In this document: in pieces, positions 1 through 14,830 of the stretch | Layout: every line of letters starts with the position of its first letter | Numbering within the stretch: the stretch's first letter is position 1 | NCBI GenBank assembly: GCA_951406725.2 | Contig: OX597825.1 | Coordinates: 27,528,001-27,592,000, forward strand | Direction of reading: 5' to 3' | DNA: 64,000 bases | Source of the DNA: Octopus vulgaris | Taxonomy: Eukaryota | Program-made: the position numbers and the translations under genes | Notes under the pieces: model-generated | What the model was told of the DNA's origin: nothing | The model's input: the letters and a program-made list of their open reading frames with translations, nothing else | Database searches by the model: none

Positions 1-429
1 ATCTTATGGTTATAATCTCTTTTACTATAATGGAGATTTATTTGACGAAGGTGTTGTACCCACATGCCTTCTCAGATTCCTCCGCTACACATACAAGTTT
101 TTTTTCCACTGTCTTAAGACAAATGCTTAAGGGAATGTTAATATTATCAACTTCACCATTTAGTAGGATCTGCACAAGTTATGGGCTTGTTTACACACCA
201 AGAAAAAACAAATAAAAGTTCAAATTTTCGGCTACTAGTCCACGTCTACCTAATTCAATACACTGTTCTGTATTATATCATCTTTTGGATGGCATTATTT
301 CACGGCTTTTAGTGTCACTTTTTTTCAGAAAGAGGTTGATGTATTGAGGAACGGTGAACAAAGTTGGAGAGTATAAATAAGAAAGTTGTAGTCGAAAGAA
401 TGTAGCTGACATGTAGGACCATCAGAATA

Positions 430-1510
430 TTGAAAAAAATGTTGCCTCTACCGTGAGGATTCGCAACGGATACCAAAATGTCAACAAGATTGCTACTAAT
501 GTTCTGTGAAAACAGTAATGTTGTAAGACGTAACACGGACAGCTGCAACTGGAAATATGAAGACGTGGAAATACGAAGCTAATGTTGCGACTGCGTCCGC
601 ACGCCAGACTTCTTCCTACAACTGTAGGACAAGGAGAAACCTGGCTTTGGCGAGAAAGAGACTGATATTGTGATCACTGCTATGAAACTGGACCTGAATG
701 AGGGCTTTCGGTACCACTCGCACAAGAGGCGCAAGGATAAAATTCTGACAGCCAAAGTATAGAAAACCGCTTGAGAGAGGCATAGAATTTTCTGAGCAAG
801 CTAAGGCATCCCGTTGAGCTGCAGATTCTTCTTAGAGAAAAACTCATTTCGCCTGGATCAGTTCCGCAATGATCCACAAAAAGATGTAGCTTGATATAAT
901 CCATATAATTCTCGTGTATCCTGAAAACGACATTCGCAAAGAAACTGTGAAGGCATCCATATGTCTCCAATGAGGAAGACGCCATGCAGTCTCAAATATT
1001 TTGAATACGGTCTTAGGCTCAATTCAGACGGTTATGAGAAGATGCTGGAGTCTGTGTTAAAACCCTGATTGAATAGGATGCTGCTTGAAGTGCATGTTTT
1101 TGGCAGCAAGATTCAGCAACTTGCTATACCTCTGGAACGTGTCATAGATGGCTTCGGAGAATCTCTAAAACTTCAGTTGCCCCAGTTTCTGACCTCCTAA
1201 TTCCGCAGATTCTCAAAGATTATTGTAGGAGAGATGCACTTGTGAATGGCACCAACCGCTCTGCCAGCAACACTAAAGCCGAGTTGGTTCGAAGATGTTC
1301 CCAGAAACTTAATGAGGAAAACATGCCCCAGGTTCCAGAGCCGTTTTGAGACTGTGGTTGTTGATGAGGGCAACTACATTGAGTAAAATATTATCTCTTA
1401 GCCATATTCTAATAGATGTTTAAAATTTCTTTTTTAAACACGCTTGTTTTGGGATGGGATATTCTGTTTTTGCTTAATGCAAACAGTCAAATTTAGCCCA
1501 AGCACACGCT
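430..1510 (+). mobile_element. Decayed maT (DD37D-like, Tc1/mariner superfamily) DNA transposon
   Basis: Manual translation across stops/frameshifts gives FRYHSHKRRKG, YGLRLNSDGYEKMLESVLKP, WQQDSATCYTS, F*PPNSADS (cf. WPPNSPD), TNRSASNTKAEL and CPRFQSRFETVVVDEGNYIE* (stop ~1386), typical of maT transposases; probable right end near 1485-1510. Boundaries approximate. Confidence 0.8.
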
Positions 1511-2370
1511 ATAAGTTATATAAATACGTGTATCTGGAAAATTCATATATATGTAGCAGGTATATTTGGCAATGACCTAAACACCAATTCCATGCCTAGG
1601 AATCGGACCAGAATCATCGAGCCCAGGCACTAATAACTAAATAGAAGAAACAGGATTCTCTAGAAGATTCTTGACGCCAGCAAAGAACTGACCTATCAAA
1701 CGTCAGGTGGAATCATGAAGCACTTGCTTTTATTAAGAGATGGAATGACCAGGAAAACCAATAGAGGATGTTTATCACATTAAATGCTGGGTGTTGTGAA
1801 CAAAAATACTTTTAACAAATAACTTGTATCTTTGCTACTAATAATTTCGTCCTTGGCGCATTTTCTTTCCCAGACATTAACTGTTTATAGTTATCAGTTA
1901 AATATCTAAAGGTGACAGCCCTTTCAAAACCAATGGTGACAGCGATATATATCATTCAACATTGACTGCAATTACTACACAGCCAGTGGTTATGATACAG
2001 CTTAAGCTAGTAATCTGAAAGATTCTCTACCATTCAACATCCGCTACGAACCACAACAGCTGTCTCAGGTAGCAACACCAATGGCTGCACGGATTTATGT
2101 CACTCAACTCCGGTTACACAATTCTATGACTGATGAACTGCTTCAATTGGCGTAAATATATATTTTTTTGTGGTAACGAAAACATTTTATTAACGATAGA
2201 TGTATGCTTTATTAAATTTGGAGCTTCATACACACTTTCTTCTTCCACATCCAACAGACAACCAACTAAAATAATTTACATTGCAAATATTTAGTAAATC
2301 TTTGTCCATCTTCCTTACATTTGTAAACTTATTCTCTTGTGTGTGAAACCTTAGATCTCATATATATATA

Positions 2371-2430
<60 letters not shown>

Positions 2431-2527
2431 CACATCGTGCGACCACTGCAGAGACGCTCTCGGAAAAGAAAGATAGTCAGTAACCGTTGGAAACTGATTA
2501 TAGTAGTGACTCGATCAATTTCTAGCG

Positions 2528-2570
2528 ATACCTGAAGAAGGAAATTTGTATTCCAACGAAATATGGTAGA
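2528..2570 (+). ncRNA. Degenerate hammerhead-like motif (PLE terminus relic)
   Basis: tac-CTGAAGA(2532-2538)-a-GGAA..TTCC-aac-GAAA(2558-2561)-tatg-gta; stem III and the cleavage triplet are degraded; about 100 bp from a (TA)n tract. Confidence 0.35.
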
Positions 2571-2651
2571 GAAAAAAAGAATTTTCACACCCAAAAGGGT
2601 ACGTATTCAATATACAAAATAAAAAGAAAGGGAAGATTAACAATAAACATA

Positions 2652-3039
2652 TCTTTATATATAAAAGTGAGGTTGTGTGCAGTCTGTCTCCGACGATTTA
2701 GATTCCTAACTATTCCCACATTTTGCGGTGCAGTTTAACCAAAACCGGGTATCTTATAGTCGTGATTCATATCGAGCCCTTCTGGGTATTAGCGCGCGTC
2801 TATGATGAGTCTACGATTAAAAAAAAAATGACCATCAATTTTTCCCATTTTTAATGCATTTTTGGCATATATAAGGGAAGTAACTCTCTAAAAATTTATT
2901 ATTAAATCTCAGAACGTAAAAAGCTACAGTAACACCCCCCCTTTGTGGTTAGCCATATTGAGGTGGCTATTACATCTCTAAAAATGCTTATATAGTTATT
3001 TCCCTTACAAACCCGAGCAACGCCGGGTGATACTGCTTG
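2652..3039 (+). mobile_element. Non-autonomous Helitron
   Basis: Starts A|TCTTTATATATAAAAG; GC-rich subterminal hairpin CCCGAGCAACGCCGGG (3012-3027) followed by CTTG|T (variant of CTAG); inserted between A and T with no TSD. Confidence 0.75.
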
Positions 3040-3113
3040 TTTTAAATATAATTAATTACCGTAATATTATGATACAATTAATAAATCGTAAAGCTCCAAT
3101 TTCTTTTCATCGT

Positions 3114-3185
<72 letters not shown>

Positions 3186-3914
3186 AATCATATAAATGAA
3201 AATGTATAGAGAGACATATGTAGGAAACAATGTACGTGTGTGTGGGATGTATGTATGCGTGTGTGTGCCTGTGTCCGTATCTGTGTGTATGTGTGTTTGT
3301 TCATATATATATATATATATATATATCTTCTTATCGAGATCTCTTATAAGTTTTTGAAGAATTCTCTTTGTACATTGAACATATTGTCCAGTTAGGCAGA
3401 TTTATTATTTATTTCTCCATAATTATCCTTGATCTTGGTGTGTGCATTTTTTTGCAGCTTATCTGAGATAGCCTAGAGTGTATTGTTTTTGAATTTGTAG
3501 ATTTTATTGTCTTTCATTTGAAGTAATTCTGTTATTAGCTTATAGATTTGGGAAGAAGACACCTGTAGGTCTTCCATAGAAATTGCTTCTCTTGATTTTA
3601 ATTCTTTAAACGTTTCCACATACTTTTGTCATACTTGCAATGATAATTTAAAACTTTTTCTTACCTCAGATCATTCTCATGGACAATTTTATTTGCATTT
3701 TCATTTCATCTATTCATGCCTCGACTTTGTTGCCAGATATTCTATATGCAATGCCGAGATTTTCATATTTACGCATGTATATGTGTGTGTATGTGTGTGA
3801 GTATTGATTTCTATAACTGTTCGTAATGATTGAAGTGATGTTTTCTTTCCATTATTTCATATTTGGTAAAGCAGTTCACAATCGTTAGAACAATGGGCAA
3901 AATTACATTTCTTC

Positions 3915-4062
3915 TAGTTTACATTCAGCTACATTTGTCGTCTTTGCTCCTCATATTTTGGGGGTCGAGAAAATAAATTCCACTCCAGCACTGGGGTCAA
4001 TGTAATCGACTTCCCCACCTACACGACATCGGCACACTTGTGCCTACATTAGAAAGGACTAT
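3915..4062 (+). mobile_element. SINE family B, degraded copy
   Basis: Carries the GGGGTCGA..AAAT..CCAG..CTGGGGTC.ATGTAATCGACT core and 3' GTGCCTA..TAGAAAGGA.TATT shared with copies at 10130, 14685, 28336, 45990 and 62940. Confidence 0.6.
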
Positions 4063-5192
4063 TTCATATTTGTTCTTTCTACAAATGTTTTGTTGTATGT
4101 ATTTGTGTATATATAACTGTATATAACTATTATGTATACACAAGCACATATATATGCATATACACTCACACATATATACATACATACACACATACATATA
4201 TATATTTCCACATACATATGTATGTGTATATGTGTATATATGTATATTTACATATATAGTTATATGCAATTATACATACATAAATACCTACTCACGTACA
4301 TTCTTCGTTTTAAATGTTCTGTTTGTGTACGATACTATTTGCCTCTCCTCTGTTTTTTTAAATTAAATAATTTAAGTTCCAAACTTACATTAAACCGAAA
4401 CTATAAACTACTCATGTTCTCCATTTCCTTTTTTTTTTTGGTGGGGAAGCGGTTCTTCTCTTTTTTTTTTTTGTTTTAATTTCGAGATCTCAGTTATTAT
4501 TTCTAAGATTTCACGAGAAATTCACCAGTTCAAAACCATGTGTCTCTTCGTCATAAAAATTACTACGTTGTGTAGTTAAGACCCACTTCCATTGTAAGTA
4601 ATCATTCTTATATGTTTCTTAATAATGCTTTTGTCCAGTTCTGAGTTGTACTCTCATCATCATCTGCAGTGTAATGAGATGTAGCAGCTTGGTTCCTTGC
4701 TAGAAACTGCAATACATTTACCTATAATTTAATAGTTTCATACAAGAAAGGTATAATCACCATGATTGCTTTTGAATTTAAAGATAGCCTTAGCCATTTT
4801 CATATTGTATTATGTGTTGTACTTTTCTGTGCCTTAAGATATTGGTTAAAAATATGTGAGTGTCAGTGAGTGTGCGTGTGTGTGTTAATGTTAGAAAATT
4901 GTATTTTGTCTGAACGAAAAATAAGGTAAACACCTTCTTAGCAACCTATGCACTGGAAAAATGTCCTTATGCTAGCAGATCCTTCCAGGGTTTGTTGAGG
5001 ACGCTTCAGGGAACACTTATTCGGCTTTCCTTAACCCAATCAATAAGAAAAATTAACTATTATATAATGCAGTCACAAGTATATATATAAATTCAGGGTG
5101 AATACTTGATAAATGTAAGCACCTGGATATGCAAGCTTGTAGCATAGGTAACATTTCATAATGTGATACAAGTCTTTGGTGTAGCAATTGCA

Positions 5193-5287
5193 TGCGGATG
5201 AAGAGGGCTTTTGAACTATCTGTTATGTCGATTATGCATTGATGTAAGAATAAGTTGTTCTATAAAGCTCGAAACATATGTACCGCG
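5193..5287 (+). ncRNA. Type I hammerhead ribozyme motif with long stem II (C3->A mutant)
   Basis: Stem I TGCGG/CCGCG; core ATGAAGA (5198-5204); stem II GGGCTTT..AAAGCTC; GAAA (5271-5274); palindromic stem III ACATATGT; GUA triplet; about 50 bp upstream of a (CA)/(TA)/(TG) tract. Confidence 0.7.
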
Positions 5288-5333
5288 ACATCATTTGTGT
5301 CCTGTTTTTCATTTTATTTCATTTGATACACAA

Positions 5334-5420
<87 letters not shown>

Positions 5421-6188
5421 GCTAAATCCAGGAGTTTTCGTTTATTCTCTCTCTGACTATTTTCACTTATTCTTTTCTGGTGAAGAGCGTAGACCAGAAA
5501 TGTAAGAGAATTTTTACTTTCCAGATGGCCATACTAATACACCTACTTCTTCATACACCAGTCTTGGTCTTTTGTTCTATAAATTTCAGCTACATTTATA
5601 TATATGTGTGCGTGACTGTGTGTGGTGTGTGTGTGAATGTGTGTGTATGTTTGTGCGTGTGTGCGTGTTCATGTGTGTGTGCGTGTTCATGTGTGTGTGT
5701 CTGCCTGGATATTGTAAAATCTATTTTAAGTGTAGATGAAGGTCTATTGTTCATGCATAATGAGATTACAAAATTTTTTTTCTTAAAATATTAAATGGAA
5801 GATATTTTTTTCAAAACTGATATAATGTATAAGGCAACAGGAAACTGGATCGGTGTTGGATCAGGAACTGAAAATCACATTTTGGAATCATAACGCGGCT
5901 TTTGTTTTCGACGATGTATTAATCTCCTTAACAATGCAGACGGTATTATGAAATTATATCTATGATCATTTAAGTAGGTTGTTCCCCCTCATGTTTAAGT
6001 GCTAAATAGATGTATCTTCAATTAATACAGACAGTTTTAGGATTAAACACGTATATAAAAGAGTTGCTTCCCTGTATATATATCTTCTTTGTTCAATTAT
6101 TCATATATATATATATACATATATATGTATATGTATATATATGTACACACACACACACACACATATATATTTATACATGTATATACGT

Positions 6189-6229
<41 letters not shown>

Positions 6230-6231
6230 TG

Positions 6232-6517
<286 letters not shown>

Positions 6518-9329
6518 ATATATATATATATATACTCGTATATATTTGTATATACAAATATACAAACGTTTGGACACGCACATCCACACACCTACACGCA
6601 CATCCACACACCCACACGCACATCCACACCCCCACACGCACATAAATATATACACACATACATCATGATAGTGATAGTGATTGCTTAGTGGTTGGATTCT
6701 ATCAGATCAAGGCATTGGAAAAACTTACTATTTGTAATGGAGCATTTCTTTATTACCTGGGGATTCTTCTCTTTTATACATCTGTTTTTGCATTCGATTC
6801 AGATAACTTTTAACATTTACTTACTGTTAGAGGTCATCACATACTTGCAATAAAATGGATTATGCGGGTAAAAATTAGATGTCAAATTTCGAATCTATAG
6901 CGTACATCACGATCCCCTGTATTATTTCTTTCTCTTTGTTTTTCCCCTTTTCTATTTTAGAGTGAGTTACATTTGGTAGAAACCTGTAATATTGCTCTTT
7001 TTATTTGCTGTGAGGAATCTGCGCGTATTGGAAGTTTGTGAAATTATTTTACCCGGTGACTGATAAGTGATTATAGTTTAAGTTCGCCGGGAGCTGAGTA
7101 TTTGTTGCTTAGACGCTAACCAATACCTTGTAGAAAATAAAAATCGATTACTTTTGACGAGACACAAGGCTTAGTATTTGTAGCGATGTAAAAGAAGACG
7201 AAATGGGATGCTGTGACGTTCCCCAAGGGCAACAGCTGATAACAAAATTTAATGATCATTATCGACTTCAGTTAGATAACAAAAGAAAAAAATACGCGCG
7301 CACACAGAAGAGTCCATCGCATCACATACACACTTTCAACTATGCAGACACTCGCACACACATTCGTTCATGTGAACACAAGCGCACGCAGAGATACTAA
7401 TCATTCACTAGCTATATTTTAAGATGCGTTTTGGTCGATTTGTAAAGAAAATATCAAATGTGTGAACGATCTCAGCAGTGAAAATTGTTGTAAATTCTAT
7501 ATTGCTAATGAATCAAATTCTTTAAAAGACTTGTCGATGACTGGTTGAATCATTCTTGCCATCATTGATCGTAGAAGCTAAAAGCCAATTCCTTTGAGGC
7601 TGACAGCTATTACAAGAGAAATATAATGCATTGCCATTTCCAATCTCTGTTTACTCTCAAAATTCTTGACATCCATTCAGTTCATTTTTTTCTTCCAATA
7701 AATTTTATTCTATTTTATCTTCATATATTCTAATCGATTTTACAGCTGCCATTTAAAATAATAAAACGTTTTCCTGATTAGGTAGAAAAAGAAAAAAATC
7801 ACGATTAATTAAAGAATTTCGCGAACGCAGCCTTAGAGTGGTAAACTTTCGGTCAACTCCGTCTGCGGCTCAAATTTCTATCTTGAACCGAACCAGCTTC
7901 CCATATATTAATTTCTTTCATAAGCCTTTCTTTTTTTCTCTATTAAAAGGCAAAACGTGTAATTGTAGTCACGTACACAATTTGCGCTTTTCACTTTATG
8001 TAAAGAATGTTTCAAACGCTATATCCTTCCAATATTCATTAAGTGGCTTCTTGAATTGGTTTGTTGTCTTTGATTCGACAAAGCACTTTTTCCTAATCGA
8101 TTCTTGATATGCGCTGCACCTTCTTCAAAAACGATTTGTTGCCTTCGAAACCTCGTTGTATTGCTTCTTAAATATTTTATACGAACGACCACTCGTTTGT
8201 CAGTGGATACTGCAGATATTAACTTCCCTCATTCCTATCTTTCATCTTCCTTCCGTACACCGTTATTACAAGACTCAATCAAGAGCTTCAATGTTGATTT
8301 TGTAGCAGCAATCTCCGTGTTTCCAACAAATTGCTGACTTTCATGAAAACATTTGCCGGTAAAAGAGAAATATAGATGAGTCATTTCAAACGTAGGTCCT
8401 TATTGATGCAATGCTTTATAAAGCTGGTCATCTGACTACAGAGTGCTGTGTTACTTAATCTAAAATAATAACAACGTCAATTGTTTCATTCCGTTTCAAC
8501 TGTTTATATCCTATTCTCTGCTCTCTTTTTTTGTTTATTGGATTCAGTAATTGAATTACAATTGTAGTGGCGACCGCTGGTATCCTTACATTTCTTTTTT
8601 GTGTAGTTGTTGTTATATTTGCATTGGGTATTTGTTTCATTTGCTACATTTGTTTCATTCCTGTTGCTTATTAAAGCTTCCTTATTTTTGTTGCGGTTGC
8701 TTCAGCTTAGATTAAACTTGAATTATCGGACTTGTAATGCGAAATATATCGGTGACAAGACCGTCTGTTTTCGAACTGTATATCATCTATATATTAAGAT
8801 AATTGAGAAAGCAGCGCATGCCATCAAAGTGACCTTGGGGGTACAAATATACGAAGTTCATTATACTACCCGTCTGATAAGGGGACACTAGGCACTCGCA
8901 TCACAACCAACTGTGCGCGACATAGTGATCACATATCAAGATAAACAGTGCATGAATTTGATAGAATTTTCTTCAAATCGAGTTGCCCATCCTGTTAAAA
9001 TGGGCCCTGAACAAGGGTTATTAAGGATGATGAATGAAACACCCATGTTTCCAAAGGTGATTTATTCAAAGCCAAAGAATTCCTCTCAACATACTGCTAT
9101 GATGCTCCTCCCCTACTTCTGCTCGTGATCAGAGAAGCGCATATCATCAGACACTAAAGGAATGCTCTTCTGGTTAAGGTCAAACAATTGGCGGATAAAA
9201 CTGTGGTATTGAGCAAAAAGATTGTTGAAGCCCATCTTTTATACCAAGACAGAACATGTACTTGATAAAAATTCCAATCAGTTAAAATGAGAAAATATGA
9301 AAGCAAGTACCTGGTACTGCATAGTACTT

Positions 9330-9332
9330 TAC

Positions 9333-9407
<75 letters not shown>

Positions 9408-9600
9408 CATCATCATCATCATCATTGTAATTATCATAAATAATAATAATAATAATAATAATAATAGTAATAGTAATAATAATAATAATAATAACAATAA
9501 TAATAACAATAATAATAATTTCTATTATTATTATTATCATTATTATTATTATTATCATTATTATTATTATTATAATTATTATTATTATCATTATTATCAC

Positions 9601-9650
<50 letters not shown>
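9330..9650. repeat. (ATT)n/(AAT)n/(ATC)n compound microsatellite
   Basis: Direct inspection; the tract switches strand orientation internally. Confidence 0.95.
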
Positions 9651-9654
<4 letters not shown>

Positions 9655-9656
9655 TA

Positions 9657-9890
9657 CTTCATGGATTAGTGGTTAGGGTTTTGGGCTCATGGGCGTAAGA
9701 TTTTGGTTTCGATTCCTGGAGCGGGCAACGTGTGCAAACATTTCATTTCGCGTTGCTTCAGTCCACTCAGATGGCAAAAGTGAGTAACACTGCGACGGAC
9801 CGGCGTCCAGTCCCGGTGGGGAATTTATTAGATATGCAACATCAAAACTGGCCCTTTTCAGCTGCCATGACTCGAGAAGGTAACGGTATT
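9657..9890 (+). mobile_element. tRNA-derived SINE (family C-related), degraded
   Basis: A-box-like TGGATTAGTGG, B-box-like GTTTCGATTCC; 3' part CTGCGACGGACCGGCGTCC..GGTGGGGAA..CTCGAGAAGG matches the tail of the SINE at 59931-60234. Confidence 0.7.
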
Positions 9891-10129
9891 ATTAGCACTT
9901 ATAATGACGACATATCGAATTTTAAAATTTCATTTGGGAATGAACTTTTCAGGGAAGAAGGAATTGCTCATCCCCAGTGATGTCTGTAAAAGTGGCGTGA
10001 CTGTGATAGAAACATTCAAGTCCAATAGACGTACACTAAGTGTGTATCTCGAGGTTGGAAAACGACACTTGGGTATGGGTTTTAGGTCTTGTGTTTATAT
10101 TATCATCGTTAGAGCCTGGAGCCAGGAGA

Positions 10130-10286
10130 ACCTTTAGCACGCCGGACAAACTCCTTAGCAGCATTTTTTTCTGCCTTTACCTTCTGATTTCGAGTTTCGC
10201 TGCGGTTGCCTTTGCTTCTCATCATTTATGGGTCGATAAAACACGTACCACTCAAGTACTGAGGTGTTTGTAATCGACTTTCCCTT

Positions 10287-10290
<4 letters not shown>
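10130..10290 (+). mobile_element. SINE family B copy followed by (TAG)n tract (10287-10400)
   Basis: TTAGCACGCCGGAC head, GGTCGATAAAA..GTACCA core, GTAATCGACT; runs into (TAG)n. Confidence 0.7.
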
Positions 10291-10367
<77 letters not shown>

Positions 10368-12956
10368 ACAGTAACAGTAGTAGTAGTAGTAGTAGTAGTT
10401 GTTCTTCTTGCTATTGCTCTTCTTGGTCTTGGTACTGTTGCTGCTGTTCTTAGTGTTGTTGTTGTTGCTGTTGTTCTTGTTGTTGGGGTGTTGTCACTGT
10501 TCTCCTACGGACCGCTGGGGCTATAGTGCAATTATTTTTGTTCAGGTGAGGTGTAGTTGTGCCAACGCAGTCATTAGTGTCGGTTTTTGATTTTGCTTTT
10601 GTCATTGTAATTGTTGCTGGTTTGTATCTAACAGAAGCCTTAGTAACAGGAGTGGCACCATGATTAATCACAAGAATAATTGTAACAATTCCCAATCTCA
10701 TTGAAGTAATCCCTTTGCTGTCTGTCGCCAGCCCTGCCATAAATATATCTTAGTTTTTTTTTTTAAATACACGTTATTTTCTTCAAAAAGAAGATATATA
10801 CAAGACACTACTATGTTCTATATCATTTGCAAAATATTAGGCTGGTCACAGTCGGAACACACGTAATTATAGCTCTACTTGATCTCAGATGGCTTGCCGC
10901 TAGACAACAATAAAACAAAATCCCATAAGAACGAAAACTGTAGATGCAGTAGTGACAGTAGTCGTTGATTAAGCTGGTTTTATCAATATCATTAAAACTA
11001 TTACATGCTAATTTTGTTTGCGGAGACTCTTTGGCGTACTTTTGTGGCAACAATTTTCCACAATTCTTAAGTATCTTGCATAGAATTTTGCAGCGTACAG
11101 AATGACACAAGTAAAGATGCAATACATGTTTCAATAAAGGTCACAATTTCGACGGAATTTAGTCACTCGTTCAGAGATTGAATGGTGTTCTGTTTGCACC
11201 AACTTCCACAGAAGTACTTATCACCTTTGTTCCCGCAATCTCGTCCCCTCACTTCAGAAATCTTCATATTTCCCAGTTTTCTCTGAATACATGGTATTCA
11301 CGCTACTATCATACAAGAGTTCAACGTCAATATTTCCTTACTGTTTCTTCTGCTTGTCTACCAAAATCATGCCTTGTATCTTTGCTTCAGTACTACAGTC
11401 AGTCTCTTTGGAGAAATCTCATAACAATAAAGAAATTAAAATTCATAAATATAGTGTCACGCTAGTGGTCATACCAAAATTCCATCACTTCAAATCCTCC
11501 AATATTTCGGTGACATATATTCTCTATCATTGTTATCGTTTTTGTCGTTAAGGCAGTGGGCCAGCAGAATAGTTTGCTGTGGTGGTGTCAATGTTTTCTA
11601 CTTCTGTGACCCGAGAAGCAAAAGAATGCAACATAATGAAAATTAGTGATAGTTCATAAATGAATACAAAAAATTAATCACTAGATATTCGTAAATGAAT
11701 GCAAAAAATTAATCACTATATATTTAACCCGAAGAGCGAATATTACAGTATTTCGAATGGCTAAACGAATGTTAAACACCAATAAAAACAATTTGAAGAT
11801 AACACACCAAATGTAAACAAGTGATATCATCAGAACATAAACGCGTACCGTCATATCCTGAAAACATGACTTCATTTAAAAGATTAATAGCAAAAACATT
11901 ATCGCAGTATAATAATAGCCACTGTGTAGTCACGCTGACCGAATATTTTCTTTCATATTTAAACTTAAATACCTGCAGTCCTGTGGTTCATATTGTTGGC
12001 GGTGGTTGGCCGAGGGAGAGTCAACTGTTTCATCAAATATTATAAAAGTAACGCATTCACTGGTTTATACCACCCCCGGCGTTTTACACTGATTTTGAGA
12101 TAGATTCTTCAGTGACATTGTTTGCAACCTTTTACACATTAATCAACTATTATATAGAAGCTTTATCTCATTAACCGAGGTTAACCCTAGTTTTGAATAA
12201 CGTATACATGGTATTGAACGTGATATGGTTACTGAATTAAGAGAAATGAGCAAATAAATTGAAACGTTTTCGCCTTATTGATTCGTGTGGGTTCTCTGTT
12301 GCAAACGATAGATAATTTGTTTTGCCTGGTGCAGCTGATACATTAAGCAGGCTGAATGGCCACATTGAAATTCCCTTGTTACTCTAGCGGTTGATAGGTT
12401 GATAGGTTGAATAATGAAAGTCATTGGCTAATGCAGAAATGTCACTGGAATAGATAAATAAGATTTCAATATGGTGGCCATGAATTATTTCTTGCGAGAT
12501 TTGATGGAATATTTTACTAACGTTAGAGCGAAATCCAACAGATTTATGAGTTCTATCGATAAGTTCACACTACAAGTATTCCAACAAGGATGAATCCTAC
12601 GGACATCTAGTTACACGTTTCAGCAATATGTGTTTCGTATGTGGCCTGTCTGAATTCTCCAAACCCAAGCGAAAGTATGTGGTTTTATACGTAGTCTTTT
12701 CGATTGGTCAACTAGAAATAGCAATTAAAAATCTCTCTCAAAACAAAGACATTTCATAAGAATTAAGAACGCACTGACGAAATTAGTCATATACACACGT
12801 GGATACATACATATTTACACAGACACACAATCATTACAAAAGTTATATGTATGTATGTATGTGTATATACATACACATACATTCCCATACTTACGTGTGT
12901 GTTTGTGTGTGTCTGTGTGTATGTTCCTATGTGTGTATATATATATATATATACAC

Positions 12957-13010
<54 letters not shown>

Positions 13011-13044
13011 TATATATATACATATATATATTATATATATGCAT

Positions 13045-13080
<36 letters not shown>

Positions 13081-13112
13081 CATGATTATATATATATATA
13101 TGTATGTATATA

Positions 13113-13221
<109 letters not shown>

Positions 13222-14289
13222 CGTATATATATAAAGTGGGAGGGACCAAAAGAGAGACATGGTAAGAGTGAAAAAATACATGCGGAGAGAAAATATAATC
13301 CTGCGAGTTGAATTCCTTTCATCTTACGTCTTCTTAATCATGGCTTACCACGAAAAATGATACAACACAAACTCCAAGCATTTTACTCTTTCTGACACAT
13401 TCTTTAGTCAATAAGATCTTCCCTAAACCATGAAATCGATCAGATATCGTTCTAGCTGAAAGCACCTTTTATACTACCAAATATAGTATCTTCCTGAAAG
13501 GAAACCTACTTCGCTTCTAATCATTCAAAAGAATCAATTCAATGACAGTGAATAGCTGACTAGTATTATCTCCCTACACAGAATTGGATGTTCATAAGTG
13601 AATACCACCATGAGTACATTATGGGCTCCACTGTTGTGGATTTCCCTCAAGAACTCTTGAAGTATGATGCCTGCTACTAAATGGGAATTGTTTTTCCCTA
13701 ATGTCGAAGTCTATAAAATACAAAAGTGGAAAGTAAGCGATATCATCGTTATTCGTTAGGTCGGAAAGCGCCATTGCATCTCAAATTATTTAATAAAAAT
13801 GTATCCGATAGTATTATAGGATTGCTTTCAGCAATTTCCTTTATTTCATTTTACCTAGCATTCTTTCTGTCATAGCCAGCATCATATCCGACCTCTTTTT
13901 CATAAAAGCCGCGAAAACAGTACAAATAATTATAGAAAAGTGTTCCAGGTTTTGAAAGACCATCAAATTCCTAGACAAAGATTCGTCTCTCAATTGAATT
14001 ATCTCCGTTATGTTTAAAATAAATGTTCTCTCGCCAAAAAGAAAGAAAAAATATAATCTTTGTGAACAGATTTGCCTCCCCTAGATCGCATAATTCACAC
14101 ATAAGATGATTTCTGTGAAATAACTACTACCTGGTTGTCCGATGACGGAAGGATTATTATAAACTGTCAATAATACTAATGAACTGACGTGCTTCTAATC
14201 CCAACCTACAGATTATTCCCGTTGTACACCATCGATAATCACCTTGAATAATTCATAAACAATATACTAACATCGTTCAAGTCTTCTGT

Positions 14290-14575
14290 ATTGTGGACAC
14301 TGCCCTGAAGGGGTTTAGTCGAACAGTATGCCCTCAATACTAAGTTTGAACTGTGGTTGTTCTACGTTCTCTTTGCTGAACCTCTAAGTTACAGGGAAGT
14401 TTAAAAATCCAACAACAGTTGTCAGGCTATGGTGAGATAAATATTCACACATAGACACTCTCGCATATATATATATACATGACGGGCTTTTAGTCAGAAG
14501 TGATTGATCGACTAGGGGTCAGAGGAAAACAGATTTACTAATGTACTGCACAGTGGGATTGAACCTGAACACTTA
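14290..14575 (-). mobile_element. SINE family A, strongly degraded copy
   Basis: Patchy similarity to 37051-37462 (GCTGAACC.CTAAGTTAC.GGGA, GACGGGCTT, CACAGTGGGA.TGAACC). Confidence 0.55.
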
Positions 14576-14684
14576 GCCATCCATGCACTAGAAAAGAATG
14601 AATAGTTTTGTCCTTTAATTTCTCATTTCTTCAATTTATTCAAACATTCACCTAGTTGGAACAAATGGGAACTTAATGTGACAT

Positions 14685-14830
14685 TCCGCTACGAGTTCAA
14701 ATCTAGCAGGATGAACGTTGCCTTTCATCCCCTCCTAGGTCCATAAAAAGTACTAATCACGTACAGGGCTCTATCGTACAGACTATTCCCTTCCCTCAAA
14801 AATACTGGCTTTCTGCCTAAATTAGAAATA
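14685..14830 (+). mobile_element. SINE family B, partial copy
   Basis: GAGTTCAAAT..TTGCCTTTCATCC..GGTC.ATAAAAAGTAC..GTGCCTAAATTAGAAA-like motifs. Confidence 0.6.

Noticed and set aside
8830-9322. Complex segment resembling an octopus interspersed repeat from memory
   Set aside because: Single copy in this window with no diagnostic termini or ORF; cannot be supported from the sequence alone.
10450-10740. 96-aa minus-strand ORF with a hydrophobic patch and polyQ end
   Set aside because: Grades into degenerate (GTT)/(TAG) repeats; no recognisable domain or splice support.
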